Shown here: positions 11,284 to 20,125 of the stretch, piece by piece | How positions within the stretch are numbered: position 1 is the stretch's first letter | Layout: the number at the start of each line of letters is the position of its first letter | Origin: Candidatus Uhrbacteria bacterium | Lineage (GTDB): Bacteria > Patescibacteriota > Patescibacteriia > UBA9934 > UBA10169 | Direction: 5' to 3' | DNA: 64,000 nucleotides | Assembly: GCA_016187485.1 (NCBI GenBank) | Contig: JACPJO010000002.1 | Coordinates: 27,912 to 91,911, forward strand | The notes under the pieces: generated by a model | The model's database searches: none | The model's input: only the letters and a program-made list of their open reading frames with translations | Told to the model about the DNA's origin: nothing | Made by a program: the position numbers and the translations under genes

Positions 11284-12065
11284 TGGAGCGGTTTATGGCA
11301 TTTGAAGATACAAAAATTGTTATCTTGGCAGCTGGGAAAGGAAAAAGAATGGGGCTCGAAATACCCAAAGTCCTGGTACCCATTCAAGGCAGACCTATGC
11401 TTGCGTGGCTCTTAGAGGCTGTCGAGAGCGCGGAGGTAGACGGCCCCCCTGTTGTCGTCTATGGACCGGGATTAGAAGAAATTTGTACGTTTGTTGGAGC
11501 ACGAGGCCACTGCACTCTTCAAGCCAAACAACTTGGGACAGCGCACGCTGTTCTCGCAGCAAAGGACGCGCTTGCAGGCGCCAAACGGCTCGTTGTCATG
11601 TACGGGGATGTCCCGTTCATCAGTGCGCGCGCCATTCGCAAAATTGTGGAGTACCACATAAAAAAACCTTGCCCTATCATGGCCGCGGTTGGGGTGGTTG
11701 AGAGTTATACGGGGTGGCAGAGAATTTTCCAGCAACTCGGGCGGATTATGCGTGATGAGGACGGGCTGATTCATGCGATCCGTGAGGCGAAGGACGCAAC
11801 GGAAGAAGAGCTTCGTATACGTGAGATCAATGCGGGCTTCTATGTGTTTGACGCCGAATGGCTATGGAATCATATCGAGAACGTGCAAAATAAAAACGCT
11901 CAGGAAGAGTATTATTTGACAGATGTGATTGCTATGGCGGTTTCGGAGGGACTGCCCGTGCGGACGTACCAGATTCCTATTGAAGAATGCATTGGGATCA
12001 ATAAACTCGAAGAGCGAGACGTGGCAGAAGTTGTTGCCCAACAGCTGGAGAGACGCCTCCCGTGA
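11284..12065 (+). CDS. Sugar-1-phosphate nucleotidyltransferase (GlmU N-terminal-domain-like / MobA-like NTP transferase)
   Basis: KIVILAAGKGKRMG glycine-rich NTP-binding loop and YGDVPFI. The ORF-track start at 11055 overlaps the divergent cupin gene. The Met at 11284 (MERFMAFEDTK) is the more likely start. There is no left-handed-helix acetyltransferase domain. Confidence 0.6.
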
Positions 12066-12084
12066 GCCATAGGCAAAAAATAAA

Positions 12085-12116
12085 AATCTCCGCGAGCATT
12101 TCGTGGAGATTTTTTC
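12085..12116. terminator. Bidirectional Rho-independent terminator
   Basis: AATCTCCGCGA-gcatt-TCGTGGAGATT hairpin (one G-U pair), flanked by AAAAATAAAAA upstream and TTTTTT downstream. It lies between the convergent genes ending at 12065 and 12121. Confidence 0.6.
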
Positions 12117-12120
12117 TTGA

Positions 12121-12201
12121 CTAGGCGCGGCGCTTTGCAGCCTTGCGCTTCTTCGCTGCTGGTTTGCGCTTTGCAACCTTACGTGCTTTCTTTTTTGCCA
12201 T
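12121..12201 (-). CDS. Very small lysine/arginine-rich peptide (26 aa, MAKKKARKVAKRKPAAKKRKAAKRRA)
   Basis: ATG preceded by a strong Shine-Dalgarno GGAGGTGA at about 9-nt spacing, TAG stop, then the terminator. A candidate TACAAT -10 element lies about 65 nt upstream. It is absent from the ORF track only because it is under 60 aa. Confidence 0.4.
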   Translation of the reverse strand: MAKKKARKVAKRKPAAKKRKAAKRRA

Positions 12202-12322
12202 AATGTTTTTGTCACCTCCTTTCTTTTTAGATTTCTCGCAAGATAAATTCTTGCTCGAGTGTATACATTGTAGCGTGTTTGGGAAAAAAAATTATCCAAC
12301 GTGTGGATAACTTAATTTTTTT

Positions 12323-12398
12323 TGGTGGACCACAGCGGATTCGAACCGCTGACCCCCACATTGCAAATGTGGTGCTCTACCAACTGAGCTAGTGGCCC
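12323..12398 (-). tRNA. tRNA-Ala (anticodon UGC), G3:U70 present, CCA encoded
   Basis: Reverse complement GGGCCAC TA GCTC AGTTGGTA GAGC A CCACA TTTGCAA TGTGG ... GTGGTCC A CCA. The G3:U70 alanine identity pair is visible. Confidence 0.85.
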
Positions 12399-12443
12399 CG
12401 AGGAAAGCGGCGGCATCGTATCAATGACGACGTGCGCTGTCAA

Positions 12444-13433
12444 TCACTGCACCAAGTGTGGAATTTTTTTTCCGTGTACGAACGCAAGGATGTTTTTTGC
12501 ACTTTCACGGCTCATGGCTTGGCGTGCTTCCCGCGAGGCGCTGGCTGTGTGAGGAGTAAGCACCACATTCTTCATGCGCCGGAGATCGAGCCGGTCGTGG
12601 GGGTTGCAATCAATAAACGGCTCGCACTCATACACATCAAGCCCTGCCCCCGCGATCTCCTTTTTTGCCAGCGCTTTTGTAAGTGCCAGCTCGTCTACCA
12701 CGGGCCCGCGCGCCGTGTTGATGAGAAACGCCGCCCCCTTCATCATTTTAAGTTCAGGTGTGGAGATAAGATGGCGTGTAGAAGGGAGAAGCGGAACGTG
12801 AAGAGTGACAAAATCAGATTCCTTAAGTAGGCGCGGGAGGGGGCGATACAAAGCCCCGTGCTCTTTTTCAAAACGGCGATCGCGTGTGGGGTTGTGGTAG
12901 AGAATCTTGAGACCGAATCCATCACGTAGCCTCCGTGCCACCATGCCGCCAATACGTCCGGCGCCGATGATCCCTACGGTCTTTCCTATAAGGTCTGTGC
13001 CAAGCAAGAGGTTCGGTCCCCATCCGTGATACTTTCCAGCACGCGTGAACATATCGGATTCAACAATGCGGCGCGCCAGGGCAAACATAAGCGCGATGGT
13101 GTGCTCCGCAACGGATTCAGCGATTTCCTCCGCGGGGGCGTTTGCCACGGACACGCCATGCTTCTTTGCCGATGCAAGGTCAATGTTATCAAACCCGATT
13201 GCGTAGTTTGCGACGAACTTCACCTGTGATCCGGTAACGAAGAACTCATCATCCACGCGATCGGTAAGCATCGTCCATACCATATCGGCTTTTTTGATGG
13301 AGCGAAGGAGCTCAATCCTGGAGATGACACGATCGTGCGGATAGACGGAAAGCGAAATGCGCGGGTCCTTCTTCAACAGACGGATACCTTCGTCGGGGAC
13401 GGGACGTGTGAGAAAAACACGGAGAGGTTTCAT
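12444..13433 (-). CDS. D-isomer-specific 2-hydroxyacid dehydrogenase (glyoxylate/hydroxypyruvate reductase or PGDH-like)
   Basis: GKTVGIIGAGRIGGMVARRL Rossmann motif, a catalytic-domain segment including the conserved Arg/Glu/His positions, and LTPHTASAS near the C-terminus. Confidence 0.8.
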   Translation of the reverse strand: MKPLRVFLTRPVPDEGIRLLKKDPRISLSVYPHDRVISRIELLRSIKKADMVWTMLTDRVDDEFFVTGSQVKFVANYAIGFDNIDLASAKKHGVSVANAPAEEIAESVAEHTIALMFALARRIVESDMFTRAGKYHGWGPNLLLGTDLIGKTVGIIGAGRIGGMVARRLRDGFGLKILYHNPTRDRRFEKEHGALYRPLPRLLKESDFVTLHVPLLPSTRHLISTPELKMMKGAAFLINTARGPVVDELALTKALAKKEIAGAGLDVYECEPFIDCNPHDRLDLRRMKNVVLTPHTASASREARQAMSRESAKNILAFVHGKKIPHLVQ

Positions 13434-14422
13434 AGTGTAGTGACAGGGATGGTAGCCAGCAATTTATTGCTTGGAAACTTTTTCAAAATTCCTTGTTTGG
13501 CACCAAGCGATTGGATCACGCTCTCGGCATTCAAGGTGCCCACCTGCAGAGCCGTGTAGATGCCATGCTCCATCATGAGGCAGGCTACGACGCCACTTCC
13601 AAATGCGTCGCCTGCGCCTGTGCGCGAGATGCTTGGTTTTCCGCTCGTGCCGCTGTGATAGCACGATCCACCGTTGCACAGATAGGCGCCGTTTTCTCCG
13701 TCGGTGATGATGCGCACGCGGTGATTCTCCGGTGAGAGACCTTCAAAAAGCTTCAGAATGTTTTCCCGCGGAGCTCCAGTAAGAGCCGCAGCCTCTTCTC
13801 GATTCACATTGAACACACTCACATCACGCTTTAGAAGCTCGCGAATGTCTTTTGCGCTTTCACGAATTTCCTGTGCTCCAGGATTCCATGCCACATGGAC
13901 CCCTGCCTTCCGGCACGCGTCAATAATACGCTTGCCAAGCGTGATGTTTCCCCCAAGAGAGGTGAGATAGACCCACCGTGTCTTCTTAAAAATATCTCCA
14001 TCTATGTCTTTTGGCGTGAAGGTTTTCGAGGCGCCGCGAAATACAAGGACTGTCCGTTCGCCGTCGTTTGTCGTAAGGAGGGTCGAGTATGCTGTCGGTT
14101 CATTCGCAACGCGGATCAGGTGTTTCGTTTCGATGCCGTAGGCGGCAAGCTCATCCGTCACGTCTCGTCCCACCGTATCTTCCCCCACGCGCGCCACGCA
14201 CGCTGTTTTAAATCCAAGTCGGGAGAACGTCACCGCTGCATTGGTCGCCCCGCCGCCGCTTGAAAGAAAAATTTTTTGTACGTCCACCTTCGAACCGAGC
14301 GCCACGCATTCGCCGAGCCCTGTGGAGAAGCGCTTGCTCTTAAATACTTGAAAGGCGTCTGATACGAGAAATACATCCCGTGTGGCCGCGCCAATGGTAA
14401 CGACATCGTAGATCATAGCCAT
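13430..14422 (-). CDS. PfkB-family carbohydrate kinase (ribokinase-like)
   Basis: N-terminal VVTIGAATRDVFL (GG-like motif) and C-terminal TGAGDAFGSGVVACL anion-hole / catalytic Asp motif. Confidence 0.75.
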   Translation of the reverse strand: MAMIYDVVTIGAATRDVFLVSDAFQVFKSKRFSTGLGECVALGSKVDVQKIFLSSGGGATNAAVTFSRLGFKTACVARVGEDTVGRDVTDELAAYGIETKHLIRVANEPTAYSTLLTTNDGERTVLVFRGASKTFTPKDIDGDIFKKTRWVYLTSLGGNITLGKRIIDACRKAGVHVAWNPGAQEIRESAKDIRELLKRDVSVFNVNREEAAALTGAPRENILKLFEGLSPENHRVRIITDGENGAYLCNGGSCYHSGTSGKPSISRTGAGDAFGSGVVACLMMEHGIYTALQVGTLNAESVIQSLGAKQGILKKFPSNKLLATIPVTTL

Positions 14423-15237
14423 GCAGAAAAAGAGTCAATATATTGCTGGAACGCCCGCGCGATCTTAGTAACAGCTTCTGCACGGGAAATCTTTTTATCA
14501 CGATAGCGCTTCAGGGGAGGGAAGAAAATAGTGCGGCCGACAGCGAAGCCGTTTACCACGCCACTTTTGGCTGCCGTTTTGAGCCATTGTCGGACTTCCG
14601 CGGTACTTCCTGCTCGCCCCAAGACGACGATGTCTGCCGTACCGGTCAGTGCGTGCACGCGGCGCCATTCTTGTGGTGTCCCAAGCCCTTCCACTTTCCA
14701 AAGGTCTACCTGCACGCCCGCCCTCGTGATCTCTCGTAGCGCACGCTGCATTTGAGAAATCCGTGAACCCGTGCCTGTAAGAAGAAGCTCGAAGAGAAAG
14801 GGAATGTGATGTGTTCGGCAAAATGTCGAGAGTCGCTTGAGGCGCGCCAACTGCCGCCCGTTGTCGTCGCGAACATTATAGCGCACAAGAGCTTTCGCGT
14901 AGGCCGGTTTCCAAGAAAGAAGATGTTTGCCAAATGTTTGTCCGTGAGCGAAATCGAATTCTTCTTGCCCGCTTTTTTCGATCGTAAGGGCAAAAGGGAT
15001 GCACCGCCGCTTTGCATCTTTGAGGATCGGCGTGCCGAACTCCTCATCGACGAGAAGGAACAATGATTCTTTGTGTGGAGACGCTTTATAGACGCGAAGA
15101 AACCCCTCATAGACGACACGCTTCATGTGCTGCACGCGTTTTTTCTGTGCGGTATTCTCTGGTGGATAGGGGAATCCAAGAAGTTCGTGGTCGAACCCTG
15201 ACCGATGATCGAACGGGAGAATGAAAATGCGGTTCAT
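14413..15237 (-). CDS. Class-I-aldolase-like TIM-barrel protein (LacD/DUF2090-like), function unknown
   Basis: N-terminal ILPFDHRSGF resembles the LAFDQRGS strand of LacD-type aldolases, and VDLWKVE resembles their VLKVE Schiff-base-lysine strand. This is a memory-based inference. The gene is sandwiched between two PfkB kinases, with 4-nt overlaps on both sides. Confidence 0.35.
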   Translation of the reverse strand: MNRIFILPFDHRSGFDHELLGFPYPPENTAQKKRVQHMKRVVYEGFLRVYKASPHKESLFLLVDEEFGTPILKDAKRRCIPFALTIEKSGQEEFDFAHGQTFGKHLLSWKPAYAKALVRYNVRDDNGRQLARLKRLSTFCRTHHIPFLFELLLTGTGSRISQMQRALREITRAGVQVDLWKVEGLGTPQEWRRVHALTGTADIVVLGRAGSTAEVRQWLKTAAKSGVVNGFAVGRTIFFPPLKRYRDKKISRAEAVTKIARAFQQYIDSFSAWL

Positions 15238-16205
15238 ACGGATGTGGGAGTGTAGGAAGGAGAAGCGGTGATGCGTTTGGACAAGCGGGCCCGTGATAAA
15301 AGCCCTGCCTGCGGACCGACATGTTCCACAACAGAGGCAGAGTTGAAAATGCCATAGGTCATACTCTTTGCAAGTCCAAGACCGCGCAAATAACCAGCCA
15401 AAAACCCGCTTGTGAAGGCGTCGCCCGCCCCCGTTGTCTCCACGCGCTTCGCTCGTGCGGCGGGGGCAAAAAGGATTTCTCCATTTGAGACACCATAAGC
15501 ACCGCGCGCTCCGTCAGTTACCAAAACCGTTCGCGGCCCCAGAGACTGAAGTTTATGGAGAAGAGAGGGCACATGGTCTGTCTCGTGAAGGGCAAGACGT
15601 TGAGCCTCCGCGGCGTTTACGACAAGAACATCAGCAGCGCGGAGGAGTGTATAAAGCGAAGGGTGGAGTTTTTCAAGCTGGACAGCTCCCGGATTCACTC
15701 CGAGACGGAACTCCCCCTTCTTTGCGCGTCTTGCAAGTTCGCGGAAAAGTGGCTCGTAGGAGATTCCAAGCTCGCTTACGAAAACAAAGCGACACCCGAG
15801 GCGCCGCGGAAGAATATAGGTGTGTGGTTCGTGGACGGCAAGGATGGTGCTTTCACCTTCAAAGTTAAGAACAGCGGAGAAGCTGCTTTTTGTTCCGTCC
15901 TCCTTTTTGAGGAACGTTGTCTCTACGCGTTCACGGCGGAGGAGTTCTTTTGCAAGCATTGCGGTTCCGTCGTCTCCCGTTACGCTCATCGCGGCTGTTT
16001 TCAGACCGAGCCGTCGCCCACCGATGGCAACATTGACTGCGCTTCCTGCAACCATGCTTACTGCCGAATCCACGGGGATTTTCTCGCCGAATTTCATGGA
16101 GAGCATGCAGCGCGGGCGGTCAATGTCACAGGCGATGCGTGCCTTCTTCCCCAGATCAATAAACACGTCCATTTTTGTGTCTCCGATGGTGAGAATGTCT
16201 GTCAT
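15234..16205 (-). CDS. PfkB-family carbohydrate kinase (second copy)
   Basis: The probable start is MTDILTIGDTKMDVFIDLG. The ORF-track start at 16346 adds an Arg-rich extension that overlaps the next gene. The C-terminal TGAGDAFTSGFLAGYL motif is present. Confidence 0.7.
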   Translation of the reverse strand: MTDILTIGDTKMDVFIDLGKKARIACDIDRPRCMLSMKFGEKIPVDSAVSMVAGSAVNVAIGGRRLGLKTAAMSVTGDDGTAMLAKELLRRERVETTFLKKEDGTKSSFSAVLNFEGESTILAVHEPHTYILPRRLGCRFVFVSELGISYEPLFRELARRAKKGEFRLGVNPGAVQLEKLHPSLYTLLRAADVLVVNAAEAQRLALHETDHVPSLLHKLQSLGPRTVLVTDGARGAYGVSNGEILFAPAARAKRVETTGAGDAFTSGFLAGYLRGLGLAKSMTYGIFNSASVVEHVGPQAGLLSRARLSKRITASPSYTPTSV

Positions 16206-17188
16206 AGGTGTTTCCGCTGTGCGGCGCGCGAGGCGGCGCGGGCAATATCGCGGGCCGTGAGGCCGAACCGAACAAAGAGTTCTTGCGGTTCTCCTGACTC
16301 CCCATAGCAATCGCGCATCCCGATGCGCTCGATAGGCACGGGACATGTCGCCGTCAGGAGTTCCGCCACTGCGCCGCCGAGACCCCCAGCAATCTGTGCT
16401 TCTTCACAGGTGACAACAGCGCCACACTCTTTTGCGGCCTTCAAGATTGTTTTTTCATCGAGGGGCTTTACGGTGTGGCAGTTGATGACGCGCGCTTCAA
16501 TATTCCTTTTTGCCAGATCCCGCGCAGCCTTTAAGGCCTCATAGAGAATAGGTCCGGCGGCGATGATGGCAATATCGTTCCCCTCTCGGTACACTTCTGC
16601 CCGACCAATATGGAAGGGGGTCTTTTTCGTGGTGAACAGGGGACTTGCGGCGCGGGCGAACCGAAGATACACGGGTCCCGTGTGCGTGGCCGCCGCTACG
16701 GTTGCTTTACGCGCCTCTTCTGCATCACAAGGGACAATCACAACCATGTTTGGCATAACACGCATGGTGGCGATGTCTTCCAGTGCCTGATGCGTGGCGC
16801 CGTCCGGTCCTACCGAGACCCCTGCGTGCGCTCCTGCAATCTTTACATTCGTATTTCCGAGGGCGATCGTCGTGCGGATTTGTTCCCAATTCCGTCCGGG
16901 GGAAAAGGCAGCGTAGCTTGAGATAAACGGTACTTTGCCTGCCAGAGCCATGCCCGCCGCGACTCCTGCCATAGCCTGCTCGCAGATTCCCATTTCCACG
17001 AATCGATCGGGAAACACTCTCTGGAATGCATCACTTTTGGTGGACTCCGTGAGGTCACAGCAGAGCACAACGACACGCTCGTCCATTTGCCCCGCTTCCA
17101 CAAGCCCCTCGCCATATCCAACACGGGTGGCCCTTTCCTCCGGCTTGCCAAAAAGATCCGAAATAAGTTTTGCCGATGGGCGGATCAT
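16202..17188 (-). CDS. Transketolase, C-terminal (pyrimidine-binding) subunit
   Basis: FPDRFVEMGICEQAMAGVAAGMALAGKVPF...THTGPVYLRFARA is the typical Pyr and C-terminal domain of the split transketolase. Confidence 0.85.
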   Translation of the reverse strand: MIRPSAKLISDLFGKPEERATRVGYGEGLVEAGQMDERVVVLCCDLTESTKSDAFQRVFPDRFVEMGICEQAMAGVAAGMALAGKVPFISSYAAFSPGRNWEQIRTTIALGNTNVKIAGAHAGVSVGPDGATHQALEDIATMRVMPNMVVIVPCDAEEARKATVAAATHTGPVYLRFARAASPLFTTKKTPFHIGRAEVYREGNDIAIIAAGPILYEALKAARDLAKRNIEARVINCHTVKPLDEKTILKAAKECGAVVTCEEAQIAGGLGGAVAELLTATCPVPIERIGMRDCYGESGEPQELFVRFGLTARDIARAASRAAQRKHL

Positions 17189-17191
17189 ATG

Positions 17192-18058
17192 CTACTCGTG
17201 CTCGGATGATATTTTCCCTCCAAGCGTGCGCAGTTCTCCAAGAGCTTGGCGCGCCTCGGCCGCATTCGGCGGTTTCCCATGCCACTCGGGCTTCCCCTCC
17301 ATAAAATCTACGCCCTTTCCTGGAATCGTGTGGGCAATAATCACACTCGGCTTTTTGTATACGGACTTTGCCTCGTCACATGCGTCCACGAACTCCTCCA
17401 CATTATGTCCGTCTATTTCCATAACATGAAAATTGAACGCTTCAAATTTGTCCCGTAACGGTTCGAGGCGCGACACGTCCTCTGTGAACCCATCAATCTG
17501 AATGTTGTTGCGGTCCACGATCACTGTGAGGTTAGAGAGGGCGTATTTTCCAATGAAAAGAAACGACTCCCAGCAAATCCCTTCCTCAAGCTCGCCGTCT
17601 CCCATCACGCAGTATGTATGCCAGGAAGCGCCGTCCATGCGGGCCGCGTAGGCCATGCCGGCTGCTTGCGCGATGCCTTCTCCAAGCGGTCCCGAAGTTG
17701 TCTCCGCGCCGGGGAGCCTCTCACGTTCGGGGTGTCCTTGCAGCCGTGTGCCGAGTTGTCGGAGGGTGGCGAGTTCTTTCTTTGGAAAATATCCTGCGTG
17801 GCTCATTGCAACATAGCGGATAGGACAAATATGGCCGTTTGAGAGGATAAGTCGGTCGCGGTCCTTCCATGCAGGTTGCTTGGGGCGGTGGCTTAACACG
17901 TGAAAATACAGCGCCGCGAAAATGTCCGCCATGCCAAGCGGGCCGGCCGAGTGCCCGGACTTTGCGCGCAGAAGCATCTTGATGAGGTCCTGGCGCATGT
18001 CATTGGCGCGGACCTCCAACTCTTTGATTTTGCGGTCGTGCAAAGGAGAGGGCATAGC
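17192..18058 (-). CDS. Transketolase, N-terminal (TPP-binding) subunit
   Basis: SGHSAGPLGMADIFAALY...GHPE...GSLGQG-like...MGDGELEEG. The probable start is MPSPLHDRKIKELEV at 18058. The ORF-track start at 18253 is probably over-extended. Confidence 0.85.
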   Translation of the reverse strand, partial: AMPSPLHDRKIKELEVRANDMRQDLIKMLLRAKSGHSAGPLGMADIFAALYFHVLSHRPKQPAWKDRDRLILSNGHICPIRYVAMSHAGYFPKKELATLRQLGTRLQGHPERERLPGAETTSGPLGEGIAQAAGMAYAARMDGASWHTYCVMGDGELEEGICWESFLFIGKYALSNLTVIVDRNNIQIDGFTEDVSRLEPLRDKFEAFNFHVMEIDGHNVEEFVDACDEAKSVYKKPSVIIAHTIPGKGVDFMEGKPEWHGKPPNAAEARQALGELRTLGGKISSEHE

Positions 18059-18152
18059 ACGGATAGTATAGCAGAAACAACAAAGACGGGGTGCGTGCCC
18101 CGTCTCCGTATCTTCCCACGCAGTAACTTTGCAACGTGGCACTCTGCAACTT

Positions 18153-18950
18153 CTATTGGACAATAATCGTTCCCGTAAATTGCGGATGGTAGCTGTCAAA
18201 GAATGTGTACGTTCCCGGGGTCTTGAATGTCCTTGAGAAGACGATTCCCGCACTCATGGTTCCCGATCCCCAGGAAAGGTCGTCGGATGTCACGGTGTGA
18301 TTGACCGTGTCCAAATTGGTGAAGCGAACGGTCCGGCCTGCCTGGATAGTCGCAAGGATAGGAGTGTAACCGCCTGCACTAATGTTCATGACAACGGGCG
18401 CTTTCAAGTCTTTATCCGTATTGATGTCCGGGACCGACGCCTTTACGCTCGCCGTGTTGTATTGGGAAGAGTCTGTGACATCACTGCTGCGCGTGTAGTT
18501 CGAGAAGAAGCCATCCGGCACGTCATCAATCTGCTTATTCCAGGTGCTTCCAAACAAAGCAATCGCAACGGCTTCGGTAGAGACCCAGTGTAAGGAACCT
18601 CCCCGGCCGATGGCGTAGACTTTCGGGTCCGTATCAATCTTGATCATACGGCTGCCCGGACGGTACGTGACGTTTCCGCCGATCTGAATAGTGCCGAGAT
18701 CGGCATCCGTGAGCCAGTTCACGTCGTTGAAGTTGTTGTACCAGGTAAAGTACGTCTTATCATTTACGAACACGTAACGGAAACCATCTGCCCCGTAGTA
18801 ATAGACGGCAGAACGAGATGTGCCGCGAATGAGCATGCCCGATTGAAGTTGGCTTAGGCTAATCGTAGAAGCGGCGCGCACCGGGACGGCAGGGAGGAGC
18901 AACGAGATACTCGCAAAGAACGCGAATACGCGCACGAGGAGAGATTTCAT
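18153..18950 (-). CDS. Secreted hypothetical protein (cleavable signal peptide)
   Basis: MKSLLVRVFAFFASISLLLPAVPVRA signal peptide. The C-terminal beta-rich region ends ...YTFFDSYHPQFTGTIIVQ, which is weakly cupredoxin-like but has no Cys ligand. Confidence 0.45.
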   Translation of the reverse strand: MKSLLVRVFAFFASISLLLPAVPVRAASTISLSQLQSGMLIRGTSRSAVYYYGADGFRYVFVNDKTYFTWYNNFNDVNWLTDADLGTIQIGGNVTYRPGSRMIKIDTDPKVYAIGRGGSLHWVSTEAVAIALFGSTWNKQIDDVPDGFFSNYTRSSDVTDSSQYNTASVKASVPDINTDKDLKAPVVMNISAGGYTPILATIQAGRTVRFTNLDTVNHTVTSDDLSWGSGTMSAGIVFSRTFKTPGTYTFFDSYHPQFTGTIIVQ

Positions 18951-18978
18951 AGAGATAGTCATAAGTAGGAAAAGTATA

Positions 18979-19647
18979 TCACATTCCAAGCGCCTTTCTC
19001 ATCTCTTCTAGCGCCGTATGTGGATTTCTCCCTGCAAAAATGCTTGAGCTCGCGCAAAAACGGGTGATTCCGGCCTGAAGGAAGCGGAGGATATTTTGGG
19101 CTGTTACCCCCCCGTCGGCGCCAAGCAAGATGTCGGGATAGCGCCGGTGAATTTCCACGACTTTCGCCAAGAGATCATCTTCGTGAATCCCGTGCGCGGG
19201 GTCGCCGATTCCTTGTCCCGAAGCGCCTGGGTGGACGGTCATGAGAAGGAGTTCGTCCAGAAGATGAATGGCGTGGTGCGCTTCCTCGACGGGCGTTTCT
19301 GGATTCAAGGCGAGGCCGGCATCAAGATGCATGCCATGAATCGCTTCGATGATAGGCTCGTGCTGGCGATCGAGTTCGGCGTGGAAGATCACGCGCGAGA
19401 GCCCGGTTACCTCTTCTTTCCATGTGCGTGCGACGGCAAGCGGATTTTCCACCATGAGGTGCAGTTCAAACTGTACAGACGTATCGAGTGATCCTACGGC
19501 GCGCGCGTCGGCCCAACTCATGTGGGGGAAGAGTGTGCCGTCCAACACGTCTACGTGCACCACAGATGCGTAGGCCTCCACGGCACGGAGCTGTGTGACA
19601 AACTGCTCTTTGGATTCGGCAAGAATGGCAGGAAGGATCTCGGTCAT
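18979..19647 (-). CDS. rpe: Ribulose-phosphate 3-epimerase
   Basis: VHVDVLDGTLFPH...HLMVENP...GADGG. The probable start is MTEILPAIL at 19647. Confidence 0.85.
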   Translation of the reverse strand: MTEILPAILAESKEQFVTQLRAVEAYASVVHVDVLDGTLFPHMSWADARAVGSLDTSVQFELHLMVENPLAVARTWKEEVTGLSRVIFHAELDRQHEPIIEAIHGMHLDAGLALNPETPVEEAHHAIHLLDELLLMTVHPGASGQGIGDPAHGIHEDDLLAKVVEIHRRYPDILLGADGGVTAQNILRFLQAGITRFCASSSIFAGRNPHTALEEMRKALGM

Positions 19648-20084
19648 ACCATTTTGGCGATGCGGCGCGCATGTCGCGGGGCGTTGGAGAAGGGAGTTTG
19701 CAAAAACATTGTGACAATGGCGATGGCCTCCTCTTTGGAGAGAACGCGGCCGGCGAGACACAAGACATTCGCGTCGTTGTCTTCACGCATGATCCGTGCC
19801 GCGTCTTTTGTGTAGCCAATGCCAGCGCGCACACCGGCTACTTTATTGGCAGCCATGCATGACCCTTGCCCGCTCCCGCAAATCACGATGCCTTTACTCC
19901 CTGCGTCCGTGGCGGCGCGCAGGGCGGTCGGCCGGGCAAAATCGGGATAATCGTCGTCGGGAACAAGGTGAGCGTTGCCGAGATCCACGACCTCATAATG
20001 CTCCGTCGCAAGGTGTTCTTTTATGGCCTCTTTTAACTCCCAACCCGCATGGTCGGCCCCGAGGTAGATTCGCGTTTGTTCCAT
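19644..20084 (-). CDS. rpiB: Ribose-5-phosphate isomerase B
   Basis: RIYLGADHAGWELKE...GIVICGSGQGSCMAANKVAGVRAG is the RpiB/LacAB signature. The start MEQTRIY is at 20084. Confidence 0.85.
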   Translation of the reverse strand: MEQTRIYLGADHAGWELKEAIKEHLATEHYEVVDLGNAHLVPDDDYPDFARPTALRAATDAGSKGIVICGSGQGSCMAANKVAGVRAGIGYTKDAARIMREDNDANVLCLAGRVLSKEEAIAIVTMFLQTPFSNAPRHARRIAKMV

Positions 20085-20125
20085 AATGACGCCATTATAG
20101 CATTGTGTTAGCATACCCTCATTCT

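Noticed and set aside
12288-12311. Chromosomal replication origin
   Set aside because: A single perfect DnaA box plus one 8/9 box in a palindrome is not an oriC cluster. There is no dnaA or dnaN nearby and no AT-rich DUE. It is more likely a promoter operator.
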